A DNA stretch of 64,000 bases, taken from an uncultured virus (IMG/VR IMGVR_UViG_3300021960_000052). Lineage: Duplodnaviria; Heunggongvirae; Uroviricota; Caudoviricetes. Below the pieces are notes generated by a model. It made no database searches, was not told the DNA's origin, and worked only from the letters and a program-made list of their open reading frames with translations. Location: IMG/VR virus record IMGVR_UViG_3300021960_000052. One strand, written 5' to 3'. Below are positions 9,537 through 17,565 of the stretch, in pieces. The number at the start of each line of letters is the position of its first letter. The stretch's first letter is position 1. Both the position numbers and the translations under genes were made by a program.

Positions 9537-9770
9537 ATGAAAGTATTAGAAAACGTAAAGAAGTGGGCTAACGAGATTGCTCATTTAGCAGTAACCTTAA
9601 TGGCAATGTTCATCGCTTTAGAAATTTTATTTGGCGGTTCAGCACTACCATTTCTTCCAGCAACAGACGTAATTGGAACTGTTACTGGCTTGGTTAAATC
9701 ACTAGGGTCTGAAGGACTTGCTGGTTTAATCGCAGTATGGGTTTTATATACAATCTGGGAAAAGAAATAA
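9537..9770 (+). CDS. Small membrane protein with two hydrophobic segments
   Basis: Strong SD AGGAGG at 9523-9528; hydrophobic stretches AVTLMAMFIALEILF and GLAGLIAVWVLYTIW; own terminator. Confidence 0.85.
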   Translation: MKVLENVKKWANEIAHLAVTLMAMFIALEILFGGSALPFLPATDVIGTVTGLVKSLGSEGLAGLIAVWVLYTIWEKK

Positions 9771-9794
9771 CTCTTTACCAAGAATAAACCAACT

Positions 9795-9829
9795 AAAAAG
9801 GATCATGTAAGAAAGATGGTCCTTTTTTT
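9795..9829 (+). terminator. Intrinsic terminator
   Basis: AAAAAGGATCAT-9nt-ATGGTCCTTTTTTT. Confidence 0.8.
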
Positions 9830-9847
9830 ATGGCTATAAATAATGCT

Positions 9848-10555
9848 ATGTTGGTTAGTCATACACACAAATTCATTTATCTCAAAACACGCAAAACAGC
9901 AGGTACATCTGTAGAAGCATACTTTGATCAATTTTGTTTACCGCCCAACGAACTGCACGGACAACATGATTTAGTTGGTAGACAAAGCAAATATGGTATA
10001 TGCAGTGGACGTAATAATCTGACACACATAGAACCTAACATAGACGCAGATGTTCAAGCGTACAGTGTTTACAATCATATGACAGCCGAAGAACTTAAAC
10101 AAGAATTAGGTAATGAGATTTGGTCCAGTTATTTTAAGTTTTGTGTAGTTAGAAATCCCTGGGACAGAGCTATATCAATGTTTTGGTTTAAAGATAGTTT
10201 ATTAAGATATAAATTAGAACAAAATCCAGATTTATCGTTTGATGAAATTATAAAACAGTTTGAATATTGGTCAGGAACAGTTCCTAACAAACGATGGGTA
10301 GAACCAGATTACAATATTTGGTCCATAGACGGTCAATGTATTGTTGATGATGTTGTTCGTTATGAAACTATCAATGAAGACTGTGCTAGACTAAGTTTAA
10401 AGTTTGGTAAAGAATTTACAGAATTGCCAAGATATAAAACTGAATCACGTAAACAGAAACATCCTTACCAAAGTTATTACACAAACCCAGAAGTGTTAGA
10501 AAAGTTAACAGAATTGTTTATGCCTTACAGTAAGCAATTTGTATATACTTTTTAA
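9848..10555 (+). CDS. Sulfotransferase family 2 (carbohydrate sulfotransferase-like)
   Basis: PAPS-binding motifs FIYLKTRKTAGTS and F.VVRNPWDRAIS. Start moved to ATG 9848 because TATAAATA (9835-9842) lies 5 nt upstream and the ORF-track start at 9830 abuts the terminator. Confidence 0.85.
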   Translation: MLVSHTHKFIYLKTRKTAGTSVEAYFDQFCLPPNELHGQHDLVGRQSKYGICSGRNNLTHIEPNIDADVQAYSVYNHMTAEELKQELGNEIWSSYFKFCVVRNPWDRAISMFWFKDSLLRYKLEQNPDLSFDEIIKQFEYWSGTVPNKRWVEPDYNIWSIDGQCIVDDVVRYETINEDCARLSLKFGKEFTELPRYKTESRKQKHPYQSYYTNPEVLEKLTELFMPYSKQFVYTF

Positions 10556-10961
10556 GATGTCTAAAGACATCTGTTTCATCGCTTACGCTCGAAACTTATT
10601 TCTTAATTAACTGCTTTCCGTATTATCCAGATATAAGTCATAATTCACCTATCCGCAGGCAAATTATGACAAACGCATTATCCGAGTACTGCGCCATACT
10701 AACTAACAGAGATTGTATTACTACACGGAGGCGGTTAGCCGGTACCCCCTACTCTTGATTCATCCAGCGGATACTTGTCAATCCCTAGTTAGCGAAATTA
10801 ACAAGCACGTGAGTTGCTTTTTCTCAGAGCTCACATCATTTAGTTTTTACACTTAATTTTGTTACGTGCCGTCCCGTGTGCAGTTTGATCTACACGTTCC
10901 TTGTAGTTAGTAAACTACAATCTCCTCATAGGACACGGAGAACACTCCGCATCAGTGGCTG
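10555..10961 (-). ncRNA. Candidate large structured non-coding RNA (~405 nt) immediately 3' of the GIY-YIG gene
   Basis: ORF-free and GC-richer than its flanks. Stems at 10936-10949, 10901-10920, 10809-10834, 10774-10805, 10727-10749, 10714-10725, 10637-10670, 10573-10595 and 10555-10572. G-U pairs and GUAA loops are valid only on the minus strand. Confidence 0.75.
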
Positions 10962-11402
10962 TTAGTTTAAATCTTCTTTTAGTATGCCCTTTACGGAGCC
11001 TATGCCTAGTCTTATATTGATTATGCCGTTATAGTTGTCATCACGGAGTAACACATGCTCTTTTATTTGATAGTAGCACTCCATGTAGTTTGTTATGCCT
11101 CTTGTTTTACATAAATGGATTATTTCGCGAGTGAATTTATCTTTGCCTAATTGTTCGATATCATGTTGAAGCCGATCACTAGATCCCCAGTAGGTCTTCC
11201 AGTCCGTTTCAACAGTTTCTCGTCTTTTGTTTTTCTTGCCTTTGAGTGGTGGGCGTTTCTTTACTGTCCAGAAAAATTTCCTTCCAATATAGTCGTGCCC
11301 ATTTATGGTATTAGTAATACGATAGATAAAGCCGTAATTATCACCAATATCTTTTGTATCAAAAACTTGGTCTTGATATAACCAAGGGTTTTCGTATGAC
11401 AA
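10962..11402 (-). CDS. Minimal GIY-YIG (Seg-like) endonuclease
   Basis: YGFIYRITN...DYIGRK, YWGSS, FTREI...C, E and YN motifs; TTG start; no obvious C-terminal NUMOD/HTH DNA-binding domain. Confidence 0.85.
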   Translation of the reverse strand: MSYENPWLYQDQVFDTKDIGDNYGFIYRITNTINGHDYIGRKFFWTVKKRPPLKGKKNKRRETVETDWKTYWGSSDRLQHDIEQLGKDKFTREIIHLCKTRGITNYMECYYQIKEHVLLRDDNYNGIINIRLGIGSVKGILKEDLN

Positions 11403-11420
11403 TGTAATGTTCCTTTCGTA

Positions 11421-12434
11421 TTACCATTCAGTTGCGTAGTCTAAATTGACTACTGACATATTACATTTAGTCTTACATTCCACCCAGGGGAAAATTTCAA
11501 ACCGTTCTTCCCAGAATTTATCTTCAAGAACCTCTGTCAACGCCCGTTTATTAAGGTCAAAACTATTACTCAGTTCAGACCATTCATTATTATGATTGTA
11601 CCTATTTGCTACCCAACAACAAGGAAGTAAACGACCTTGACTGTTTAGGAACAAGCCTTTATTGCCAATACTACATAAAGGTTTGATGTCTCCATAGGTT
11701 TTAGATTTTTCGTATAATTCAACGTTGGTTTTGTAACCTACTGTGCTAGGCTGTCTGCCTGATAGGTTAAGGACTTCACGTGTAAATCTATACTTATCGC
11801 TGATATTAGGAGTACTAGGTTGTAGTGGATCGTTTTTAGGGTATATAGGATATACCTGATTAAATTTTGTACTACGAGTTATTTGAAATTCATCAAACCC
11901 TAGGTGCTCAGCCTGTGCTTTCATAGTATCTAGGTGTTCTTCGTTAAATTTAAACACTATACAATCCCAAGTCATGTATACATCGCTAACCTGTCTAAGT
12001 GTTTGTACACCTAATATAATACTGTCCCAATTAGAGTTTACTCTATACTGTTCGTTACTTGCTTGGTCCCAGCCATCTAAACTAAAGTGTATGTGATCAT
12101 TTTCATCTAATACACTACCAAGTTGAAGCCACCAGTCTGCTTTTTTGTAACTACCGTTAGTAACAATAACAAACTTAACTGGTTTAATTGATTTAAAATA
12201 TTCAATAACATCAACAAGATCGTGTGCATATATAGGATCTCCGTCATCACCACAGAATGTAATCTTTTCTACATTGTCACGTATAAAGTCAGGAGTAAAA
12301 TTCTTTTTGAAAAAGTCAAGTCTAAGCTCAGTATTAACTAATGTTTCTGGAACTTCTTCTCTAGCACACCTAGGACACTTTAGTGTACATTTACTAGATA
12401 TTTCTATATGCCAATGCCAGGTTGCTAGTTTCAT
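11421..12434 (-). CDS. Radical SAM protein with C-terminal twitch/SPASM-like Cys cluster
   Basis: CTLKCPRC (CxxxCxxC), TFCGDDGDP, TNGS, FSLDG; C-terminal PLC...PCCW...CKTKC. Confidence 0.9.
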   Translation of the reverse strand: MKLATWHWHIEISSKCTLKCPRCAREEVPETLVNTELRLDFFKKNFTPDFIRDNVEKITFCGDDGDPIYAHDLVDVIEYFKSIKPVKFVIVTNGSYKKADWWLQLGSVLDENDHIHFSLDGWDQASNEQYRVNSNWDSIILGVQTLRQVSDVYMTWDCIVFKFNEEHLDTMKAQAEHLGFDEFQITRSTKFNQVYPIYPKNDPLQPSTPNISDKYRFTREVLNLSGRQPSTVGYKTNVELYEKSKTYGDIKPLCSIGNKGLFLNSQGRLLPCCWVANRYNHNNEWSELSNSFDLNKRALTEVLEDKFWEERFEIFPWVECKTKCNMSVVNLDYATEW

Positions 12435-13303
12435 TTAAATTCAACCTCGTGTTGCCATTGTCCTGTAAAACTAGTAACTTCTTCAACAGATCTACAAGTT
12501 GTATAACACATATCGTTGGGTTGGTCAGTTTTCCAAGATTGTTTAATAGTTTCAAATTGATCAATAGAATTATCTGTAATACCCAAATAACAACAAGGAT
12601 ATATAACACCTTCTGCTGACATGTATCTACTTTGTTCGTTTAGTGCTTGACAGGAAATATTACCAAACCTTACTGTTGGATTTTTCCAACCTTTTGGTGG
12701 ATTTAAAAACTTAACAGGATTAATTTCATGGCGTCTAGTAATTTTAGCTCTAAACCATTTAAATCCTAAATCACGTGCTAGTTGTTCACACGCATTAACT
12801 TGATGTTCGTTGTGTTCAAACACTAACATATCCCAATGAGCTCGACCTCCAGCTTTGATAAATGTCTGAGCATTTTCAATAACTTTATTCCAATTTACAT
12901 TTATCCTATAGATATGGTTAGTGTCCTCTAGTCCATCAATACTGAACACGCTGTAATCTTTTTCAGTATTTAATATGATACCTAATTCATGCCACCAATC
13001 CTGATCACGCAGTCCGCCGTTAGAATTCATTCCTAAACTAATACCTGGATTAACTGTTCTAAAGTAACGATAAATGTCTAATGTGTGTTTGCCAGCGGCT
13101 GGATCACCATAATCGCCACACATAAACATTTTGTCTAAGTTACTGATAATGTCATCACCTAACTGTTTACGTATTTGCTCTATAGTTAAATGATGTAGAT
13201 TTTTTTTATCAAACGATGTATCTGTTTCTCTAGAACATTGTGGACAAGCCGCATTACACGCATCTGTGGGTTCTAGGTGTAATATTTTAAACGGAGTCAA
13301 CAT
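12431..13303 (-). CDS. Radical SAM protein (paralog of the neighbouring gene)
   Basis: CNAACPQC, MCGDYGDP, SNGG, FSIDG, YPCCY. ATG 13303 is the likely start; the ORF track extends to 13327. Confidence 0.9.
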   Translation of the reverse strand: MLTPFKILHLEPTDACNAACPQCSRETDTSFDKKNLHHLTIEQIRKQLGDDIISNLDKMFMCGDYGDPAAGKHTLDIYRYFRTVNPGISLGMNSNGGLRDQDWWHELGIILNTEKDYSVFSIDGLEDTNHIYRINVNWNKVIENAQTFIKAGGRAHWDMLVFEHNEHQVNACEQLARDLGFKWFRAKITRRHEINPVKFLNPPKGWKNPTVRFGNISCQALNEQSRYMSAEGVIYPCCYLGITDNSIDQFETIKQSWKTDQPNDMCYTTCRSVEEVTSFTGQWQHEVEFK

Positions 13304-15056
13304 CTGTGCCATATGTAGTAAAGCCATTTTCTTTTGTAACTGTCATAATATTGTTAACTCGTCCTGACAGTTCGTCTTTGTGCGATACTAACCAAATACT
13401 CTTGTTTTGTTCACGTGACATCTTTTTAAGTATTGCAAGGGCACTTTCTACACCACTAGCATCCATACCTGAATCAATAAGTTCGTCAATGAATAACAAG
13501 TTAATAGGGTCGTAGAGGCTTTCATAGACATCTCTGAAACTCCATGACAGTGAAAGTATCAGTCTATTACGTTCACCTCTACTTAAATTGTCAAAATCTA
13601 ACTCACGGCCAAGCTCTGTAATTTCCACTGACAGATCGTTTAGGAAGGTAACTGTGTGTGGCAGTCCGATTCTGTCAAGGTAATAACTTAGCCGTGCGTT
13701 TAGATAACTGAGATTTTGATCAATTATTCGTTTTCTAATAAAGGAGTCTTTATTAGTTAATAGTTTTTGTAAAAATTCTTGATGTTCTCTTAGTTTAACT
13801 AGAACATTAATTTCATTATAGTCTGGGTCTTGTGTTGAACTTTCTTCCATTTCTTGTATTTGCTCAACATAAGGATCTTCTTCTTGTTCTTTTGATGTTA
13901 ATTGTGCTTTTAGTGTAGTAATTGAATTTTTATGTTCAAAAGCATCTGACTCGTTAGCATAAAAAACTTCAGGAGCAAAGCCTACGTCACCAAGCTCTGT
14001 TAATGCGTCTGTGAGTTGCTGTAAGGTCGCTGTGTGCGTGTTTACATCTTCCTGCACCCTGACTAGCGTGGCTTGTTTTTCTTCTAGCTGTGCTTCGTGT
14101 TTGTCGTCGTGTATTTCTTGTCCACAACTATGACATTTATGTTCTTTTAGTAACTTGATGTCTTGTTCTAATTTAACTATGTTGCCTTGTTCACGCTTAA
14201 GATCACGCTCTGTTCTCGTAATAGCATCAGTGATGTCATCATGATCTTTTTTGTTTTGTTTAAATTTGGTTAATTCTTTATGACTTGCTAGTTCTTGATC
14301 AATATCAATCTTTTCTAATTTTTCAATGGCCGCATTTAAACTATCTATGTCTTCTTGTTTTTTGTTAGCCCATAGAGTCTGTCTACGCTTCATTGACTCT
14401 ACTTGTTCTTTCATTTTTTCATTAGCATCTTTAAGAGCTTCAATTCTTATTTCTTCTTCTTTAATCCTATCTCTGGTTTCTTTTAACCGTTCTTTAAGAT
14501 TGTTTGCTTTTTCTGAAAGTAAGGTAATACCTAATAACTGTTCAATAATGTCTTTTTGATCGTTTGCTCTTAGATTAAGGAATGGTTCTGTGTAAGTGTT
14601 TAATGCTACTAAATGCTTGAACATCTCATGACTCATGCCCAGCATTGATTCAATAGCTTTTTGTGTTTCTCTACTATCGCCTTGTGCCATGTCTGTGATT
14701 TCTTGTTCTTCATCACCTACATAAAAACGCATAACATTTTTCTTACGCCCACGCTCTATTTTATATGTTTGTCCATTGTGTTCAAAGTCAAGACTAACTA
14801 ACATGCCCTTTGCGTTAGTTTTGTTGATTAAGTTATCACGTTTAATGTTAGTTAATGCTTGACCAAATAAAGCATAAGAAAGGGCATTGATGATAGTGGT
14901 CTTACCGGTACCATTCCTAGCGCCACTATCATCGCCTCCAAGGTCAATGTTAACACCAAGAACCAGTGTTAAGTCTCTGCGATCAAAGTTAACTGCTTGT
15001 GTGGCATTACCCACACTCATAAAGTTTTTAACTGTTAGATTTTTTAGTTTGAACAT
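13287..15056 (-). CDS. gp46: Recombination endonuclease ATPase subunit (gp46, SbcC/Rad50-like)
   Basis: Walker A GARNGTGKT, coiled coil with CHSC zinc hook, signature LSRGE, Walker B LFIDE, and SHK. Confidence 0.95.
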   Translation of the reverse strand: MFKLKNLTVKNFMSVGNATQAVNFDRRDLTLVLGVNIDLGGDDSGARNGTGKTTIINALSYALFGQALTNIKRDNLINKTNAKGMLVSLDFEHNGQTYKIERGRKKNVMRFYVGDEEQEITDMAQGDSRETQKAIESMLGMSHEMFKHLVALNTYTEPFLNLRANDQKDIIEQLLGITLLSEKANNLKERLKETRDRIKEEEIRIEALKDANEKMKEQVESMKRRQTLWANKKQEDIDSLNAAIEKLEKIDIDQELASHKELTKFKQNKKDHDDITDAITRTERDLKREQGNIVKLEQDIKLLKEHKCHSCGQEIHDDKHEAQLEEKQATLVRVQEDVNTHTATLQQLTDALTELGDVGFAPEVFYANESDAFEHKNSITTLKAQLTSKEQEEDPYVEQIQEMEESSTQDPDYNEINVLVKLREHQEFLQKLLTNKDSFIRKRIIDQNLSYLNARLSYYLDRIGLPHTVTFLNDLSVEITELGRELDFDNLSRGERNRLILSLSWSFRDVYESLYDPINLLFIDELIDSGMDASGVESALAILKKMSREQNKSIWLVSHKDELSGRVNNIMTVTKENGFTTYGTDVDSV

Positions 15057-15759
15057 ATTCGTACATTAAATTGGCCATGTGTTGATGGCCTTCTTCTAAG
15101 AAGTGTCCTCCTAGTCCTGTAGGAAACTGTTGACATAATTGTCTAAGATACCACATATCGTTATTTGGACTATAAAATTTACTCCAGTCTATTAAGCTAT
15201 AATAATAATGTATTTCTTCCACTTCTGCAAGTTTTTCGGCATCAGACTTGTGTTCTAACACGCGAAAATCTTTAAGATATTGCAGTATAGGACTTGCCTT
15301 CCAAAGTTGTATCATACCATCGAACGTATGAATCATTAGATAGTTTTTATCTTTTAATAAATTCTGACAGTGTATTATCTGCTGTAAAAAACGTTTAAAG
15401 TTGTACTGACTGTTACACCATTCAGCATATAAAGTTCTACCCCAATCCCAGAAGAAAGGCTCTTTGCCAAACACAGGATGATGTAATGTAGGAACAAATG
15501 CTACTTCTTCTTCAGATTCGTCAGCACGAACAAATGTATATCTTCCTGGCTCACTCCAGGATATAAAATAAAAATCAAAGTCTTTGGCAAAGTGTCTTGT
15601 GGTATGAAATAAGATACGCTCATTGCTAGAACCACTCATTGAAGTGTCTACCATTTCTGCACCAAGTTTTTTTGCCAATAAGTTAGGCCAACTTGAAACA
15701 GTACGATCTTTTAATTCGTCGCCGTAGGTAAAACTATCACCAGTTACATATATTTTCAT
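15028..15759 (-). CDS. SGNH/GDSL-like hydrolase or acyltransferase
   Basis: N-terminal YVTGDSFTYG, G.SN and C-terminal GGHFLEEGH. Confidence 0.7.
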   Translation of the reverse strand: MKIYVTGDSFTYGDELKDRTVSSWPNLLAKKLGAEMVDTSMSGSSNERILFHTTRHFAKDFDFYFISWSEPGRYTFVRADESEEEVAFVPTLHHPVFGKEPFFWDWGRTLYAEWCNSQYNFKRFLQQIIHCQNLLKDKNYLMIHTFDGMIQLWKASPILQYLKDFRVLEHKSDAEKLAEVEEIHYYYSLIDWSKFYSPNNDMWYLRQLCQQFPTGLGGHFLEEGHQHMANLMYEYVQTKKSNS

Positions 15760-16505
15760 TGGTTTTTATTATAAAAGTTAATTAATTTATCTGCAATAGC
15801 ATTGTGCCCATCTTCTAAAGGATGTCCACCTTTACCAAATTGAAACTCTTTGTTGCAATCAGTAATGCACCATTGGTTAAAATCTAAATAATATGAATAA
15901 TCAATCATTGATAACAGTGTTTGTATATTATTATATTCAGCAAGTATTTGATCATCATTGAGATAATCAAAAAAATCTAATAATGGCTTAACATTAAAAA
16001 TAAATTTATCTTTAGGACTAGTCCATTTTTCTAAATTGTTTTCTACAGCATTCAACATAATGTATTTTTTATTTTGTTTTTCAAAAACTGACTGTAAAAG
16101 TATTATTTCTTGTAGCCATTTTTTAAATTCATATAACTCATTATGCCAATGTGTGTAATAAAGTTTTCCATAATCATAATATTTTTTATAGTTTTCTTTT
16201 AAATCATTACTTAAATGTAAAGATGTTTCTAAATTTAAGTTAGGAGTAAAATTAATTTCAAAATTATCTACAGGATTATATTCAGTAAATCTATTATAAT
16301 TGGTCCAGGCAATTATAAAGTATTCATACTCATTTAAATTTTGTACTGTACGGTATACAATTCTTTGATTTGATCCTCCAGACTCTGCATCATTTACAAA
16401 CTCTAATCCAAGTTTTTTAGACATCACTGCCGGAAATGCTGTTGTTTTTGGATCAGTTAATTCATCTCCTTTGGTAAAACTACATCCATTAAAATATAAT
16501 TTCAT
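15756..16505 (-). CDS. SGNH/GDSL-like hydrolase or acyltransferase (paralog; very AT-rich)
   Basis: YFNGCSFTKG, GGSN and GGHPLEDGH. Confidence 0.7.
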   Translation of the reverse strand: MKLYFNGCSFTKGDELTDPKTTAFPAVMSKKLGLEFVNDAESGGSNQRIVYRTVQNLNEYEYFIIAWTNYNRFTEYNPVDNFEINFTPNLNLETSLHLSNDLKENYKKYYDYGKLYYTHWHNELYEFKKWLQEIILLQSVFEKQNKKYIMLNAVENNLEKWTSPKDKFIFNVKPLLDFFDYLNDDQILAEYNNIQTLLSMIDYSYYLDFNQWCITDCNKEFQFGKGGHPLEDGHNAIADKLINFYNKNQ

Positions 16506-17521
16506 TACAAATCTCTGTAAATTTCTAACAGTAGATTAGGATCATAATGGTCTGATTCAATTGATGTTAACTGATTGGTAACAATAGTGTCTACACTTTC
16601 AAACTTTAACTCTCCAGGCTCTGCTACCGATTCCATAATATCTTTTTTAACTGGAATCAGCGTAAGTTCTCTAAGATTATATTTGCCTACAAATGTTTCA
16701 CGAATAAAACTTGCTTCTTCATATGAGATATCAATATTCAAGTTTACACGGATGTGCATTTTTTCTTTAAGCAATTCATCAGGATTGTTTAACATTTCAT
16801 CTAGATTGTAAACACGATATCTAGGTTGCATAGGCCAAGAATGATATTCTGGGTCTTTGCCCCACTCAATAATGGTCATTCCTCTGGCATCATCGCCAGC
16901 GTCAGCATAGTTGTGAGGAAAGCAGTTACCAGTATAGATAATGTTGTTATGACTTTGACGTTTATGGAAATGTCCTGTGTAGACTTGTTCTAAGCCACGA
17001 AAGTCTTCACGCTGTATCTCGCCTGTATCAGGCATCTGTACCATAGCATTCATAAAGAAGTGAGGTAACTCTAAATGACCAAACGCATAACGTCCTTCCA
17101 TCTTTTTAACTTTCTTAGCCTCATCTCCTACTAGCCAAGGTATAAACTGTACATCGCCCTCTGAATGAAAGTCATTCATAATATGTACATTTTTGATATG
17201 TTTAGCCCAGGCCGCTGACTGTATGTCACGCTTGTCTCTGTAGTATAAGTCGTGATTACCTGGAATAAAGAACACACGATCAAAAGCATCGCCCAACAGC
17301 TCAATAGCTGTCATACTGTAGTTAAGTGTCACGATGTTGATTGCCGCACGGTTGTTGTGCCAATCGCCCATCATGATACAAGTTTCACAACCTTCTGCTT
17401 TGGCTTTTTCAATAAACCATTTGACAAAATTCAAACAGTCTTCGTTGTGTGTTGTTGAATTGGATTTTAATCCAAAGTGTATATCTGTAAGGACTGCCGC
17501 CTTTTTAAATAAATTACTCAT
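16505..17521 (-). CDS. gp47: Recombination endonuclease nuclease subunit (gp47, SbcD/Mre11-like)
   Basis: Metallophosphoesterase motifs TDIHFG, GDW, GNHD, GHLE and GHFH. Confidence 0.95.
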   Translation of the reverse strand: MSNLFKKAAVLTDIHFGLKSNSTTHNEDCLNFVKWFIEKAKAEGCETCIMMGDWHNNRAAINIVTLNYSMTAIELLGDAFDRVFFIPGNHDLYYRDKRDIQSAAWAKHIKNVHIMNDFHSEGDVQFIPWLVGDEAKKVKKMEGRYAFGHLELPHFFMNAMVQMPDTGEIQREDFRGLEQVYTGHFHKRQSHNNIIYTGNCFPHNYADAGDDARGMTIIEWGKDPEYHSWPMQPRYRVYNLDEMLNNPDELLKEKMHIRVNLNIDISYEEASFIRETFVGKYNLRELTLIPVKKDIMESVAEPGELKFESVDTIVTNQLTSIESDHYDPNLLLEIYRDL

Positions 17522-17565
17522 ACCTTCCTTGAATGAATAAAACTAATACAGACTAGTTTACAGGA

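Noticed and set aside
10555..10961. Group I/II intron, tRNA, tmRNA or RNase P identity for the structured region
   Set aside because: It does not interrupt a gene (the flanking ORFs are complete and convergent). I could not find group I P/Q/R/S, group II domain V, tRNA T-loop/cloverleaf or RNase P GAGGAAAGUCC signatures by eye. A covariance-model search is still needed.
13287..17521. Inteins or introns in gp46 and gp47
   Set aside because: Lengths and motif spacing are normal; no intein termini or LAGLIDADG motifs seen.
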